From assembly GCF_006345805.1 (NCBI RefSeq), contig NW_021824668.1, forward strand, positions 1 through 36,487: a DNA stretch of 36,487 bases, read 5' to 3'. This document shows positions 34,643 through 36,487 of the stretch, piece after piece. The notes under the pieces are model-generated. The model was not told the origin of the DNA. It ran no database searches and was given only the letters and a program-made list of their open reading frames with translations. Every line of letters begins with the position of its first letter. Within the stretch, counting starts at the first letter, position 1. The position numbers and the translations under genes were made by a program. The DNA is from Octopus sinensis. Its lineage: Eukaryota.

Positions 34643-35656
34643 TTAATGAAATCACACGGAAGATGGGATGGGTTTGGTTGTGATTTTCATAACCGTAGGT
34701 CCATTTAACTAGGCCAGACTTGCGAGGCGAAGAGTTACACAACAACAAATTACTATTTTATTTATACAGTGTTCCCTGTATAAATAGTTTTGTCATATAC
34801 AGGAACAAGACCTTATATTTTGGGGGAGGTGTATGCAGCCTGAAAATAGTGCAGTGTATTACTACTAATTGTATGTGTGTGTGTGTGTGTGTATATACAC
34901 ACACACTGACAAGGATGAAAGGCACAGTTGACCATGGCAAAGTTTGAACTCGGCTCGCAGAGAGGACAAGATTAAGTTACTATAGGCGCAGGAGTGGCTG
35001 TGTGGTAAGTAGCTTGCTAACCAACCACATGGTTCCGGGTTCAGTCCCACTGCGTGGCATCTTGGGCAAGTGTCTTCTGCTATAGCCCCGGGCCGACCAA
35101 TACCTTGTGAGTAGATTTGGTAGACGGAAACTAAAAGAAGCCTGTCGTATATATGTACATATATATATATGTACATATGTGTGTGTTTGCGTGTCTGTGT
35201 TTGTCACCCTAGCATTGCTTGACAACCGATGCTGGTGTGTTTACGTCCCTGTCACATAGCGGTTCGGCAAAAAAGACCAATAGAATAAGTACTGGGCTTA
35301 CAAAGAATAAGTCCCGGGGTCGATTTGCTCGACTAAAAGGCGGTGCTCCAGCATGGCCACAGTCAAATGACTGAAACAAGTAAAAGAGTAAAGAGTATAT
35401 AACATCTAGTTCAACACACATTCACTTTCCTTGTGACACTCCACCATCCTCGAACTCACGAGCGCGTGTTTACATGATCGCTGGACCTTTAGAAATCTTA
35501 CTTAAATCACATCATTTTGTCATAAGGACGCAATCAGTTAATGAAATCACACGGAAGATGGGATGGGTTTGGTTGTGATTTTCATAACCGTAGGTCCATT
35601 TAACTAGGCCGGACTTGCGAGGCGAAGGGTTACGCAACAACAAATTACTATTTTAT
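34643..35656 (+). repeat. 119-bp direct repeat (34643-34761 and 35538-35656), unclassified
   Basis: 116/119 identical by manual alignment. Confidence 0.9.
34985..35395 (+). mobile_element. SINE-A, full length, young, TATA target duplication
   Basis: TATA at 34981-34984 and 35396-35399; a paralogous empty site lies at 33933-34032. Confidence 0.92.
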
Positions 35657-36487
35657 CATCCTGTATAATGATGATGACACTTTATATAAGAGGGGGAAAC
35701 AATTATAACGTCAACTTTATATTAAAGTTTCAAATCACAGAATAAGTAAATGCCAAAGAAAGAGTCCTCGACCTGCTGCTAGAAATAGGAACCAAATTTC
35801 CAAAGGCAGGATACATTGATAATTTCCATTTAAATACGTTATGTCTGAAAAAAAAATTAGGACTTGATGGTGACGGCTGGAACGTCTTTGATCATAGGTT
35901 AGCTTGGGTAGACCCAGGGTTAGATAATAGCATAAATGAAAAAACAAACATTAAAGTAATATACGGAATAAGAAGTCTAACTCACACTGAGAGATCGGTT
36001 TAAAAATTATAATGAATCTAATAAAAGGTCAACACAATCGTGTGTGTGTGTGTGTTGTGTGTAAAAGCAACAGAGAATATGCTGGGTGGGAGACACTAAT
36101 TCCCACTTCGCCAGAATCTCAACCAACCCATTAAGATACTAGAGGTGTTTGTAGCTGATCAAATGTAATAATAATAGTGCGGTAGGGTAGCGTAACCAGA
36201 AAATAAAAATCAGAGAACGTGTTGGCGGGAGTGTAGTGTAGCGTAGAGTGTGAAACAGGGTACATAGTAGGTGTGGCGGCACAGGCTCAGACACGGGTAA
36301 AAGTACAGTCTGGGTGGATTCACTTTGGAACCAAAAGAAAATAAGAGAAAAAAGAAAAATGCGAGGGAGGAGTAGTAGGTGTAGTGTGTAAAAAGAAATG
36401 AAGTGAGGGGAGCGGAAAGAATATACACATATACACAAAAACATACGTCCATGTTTACGATATTTTGAAGAGAATAAAGACGCACAC

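Overview
A 36.5-kb stretch of AT-rich, microsatellite-dense eukaryotic DNA made almost entirely of nested transposable-element remains. No host protein-coding exon, RNA gene or CRISPR array could be supported. The SINE families and microsatellite style suggest a cephalopod, probably Octopus (inference from memory, not checked). Contents: (i) CR1-group LINEs, including a near-complete but dead ORF2 at 13.8-16.8 kb and decayed copies at 1-635, 6.2-7.9 kb and 17.8-19.0 kb; (ii) two RTE-clade LINE families, one with a C4HC3 PHD finger inside its reverse transcriptase (4.3-5.9 kb) plus many 3'-end fragments, and an older one without it (19.4-20.3 kb); (iii) three tRNA-derived SINE types, called A, B and C here; (iv) two mariner remnants, TTAA-flanked piggyBac-like MITEs and non-autonomous Helitrons; (v) long (TA)n, (TG)n and (TGTA)n tracts. 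Most long ORFs in the track are microsatellite artefacts. Highlights: the PHD-in-RT RTE whose youngest copies sit inside (TA)n tracts; a LINE/SINE shared 3' stem-loop with compensatory base changes; one SINE head carrying either a CR1-type or an RTE-type tail, with both candidate partner LINEs in the window; a 222-bp inverted copy of an internal LINE segment; and a 119-bp structured direct repeat of unknown type. Boundaries of decayed elements are approximate.
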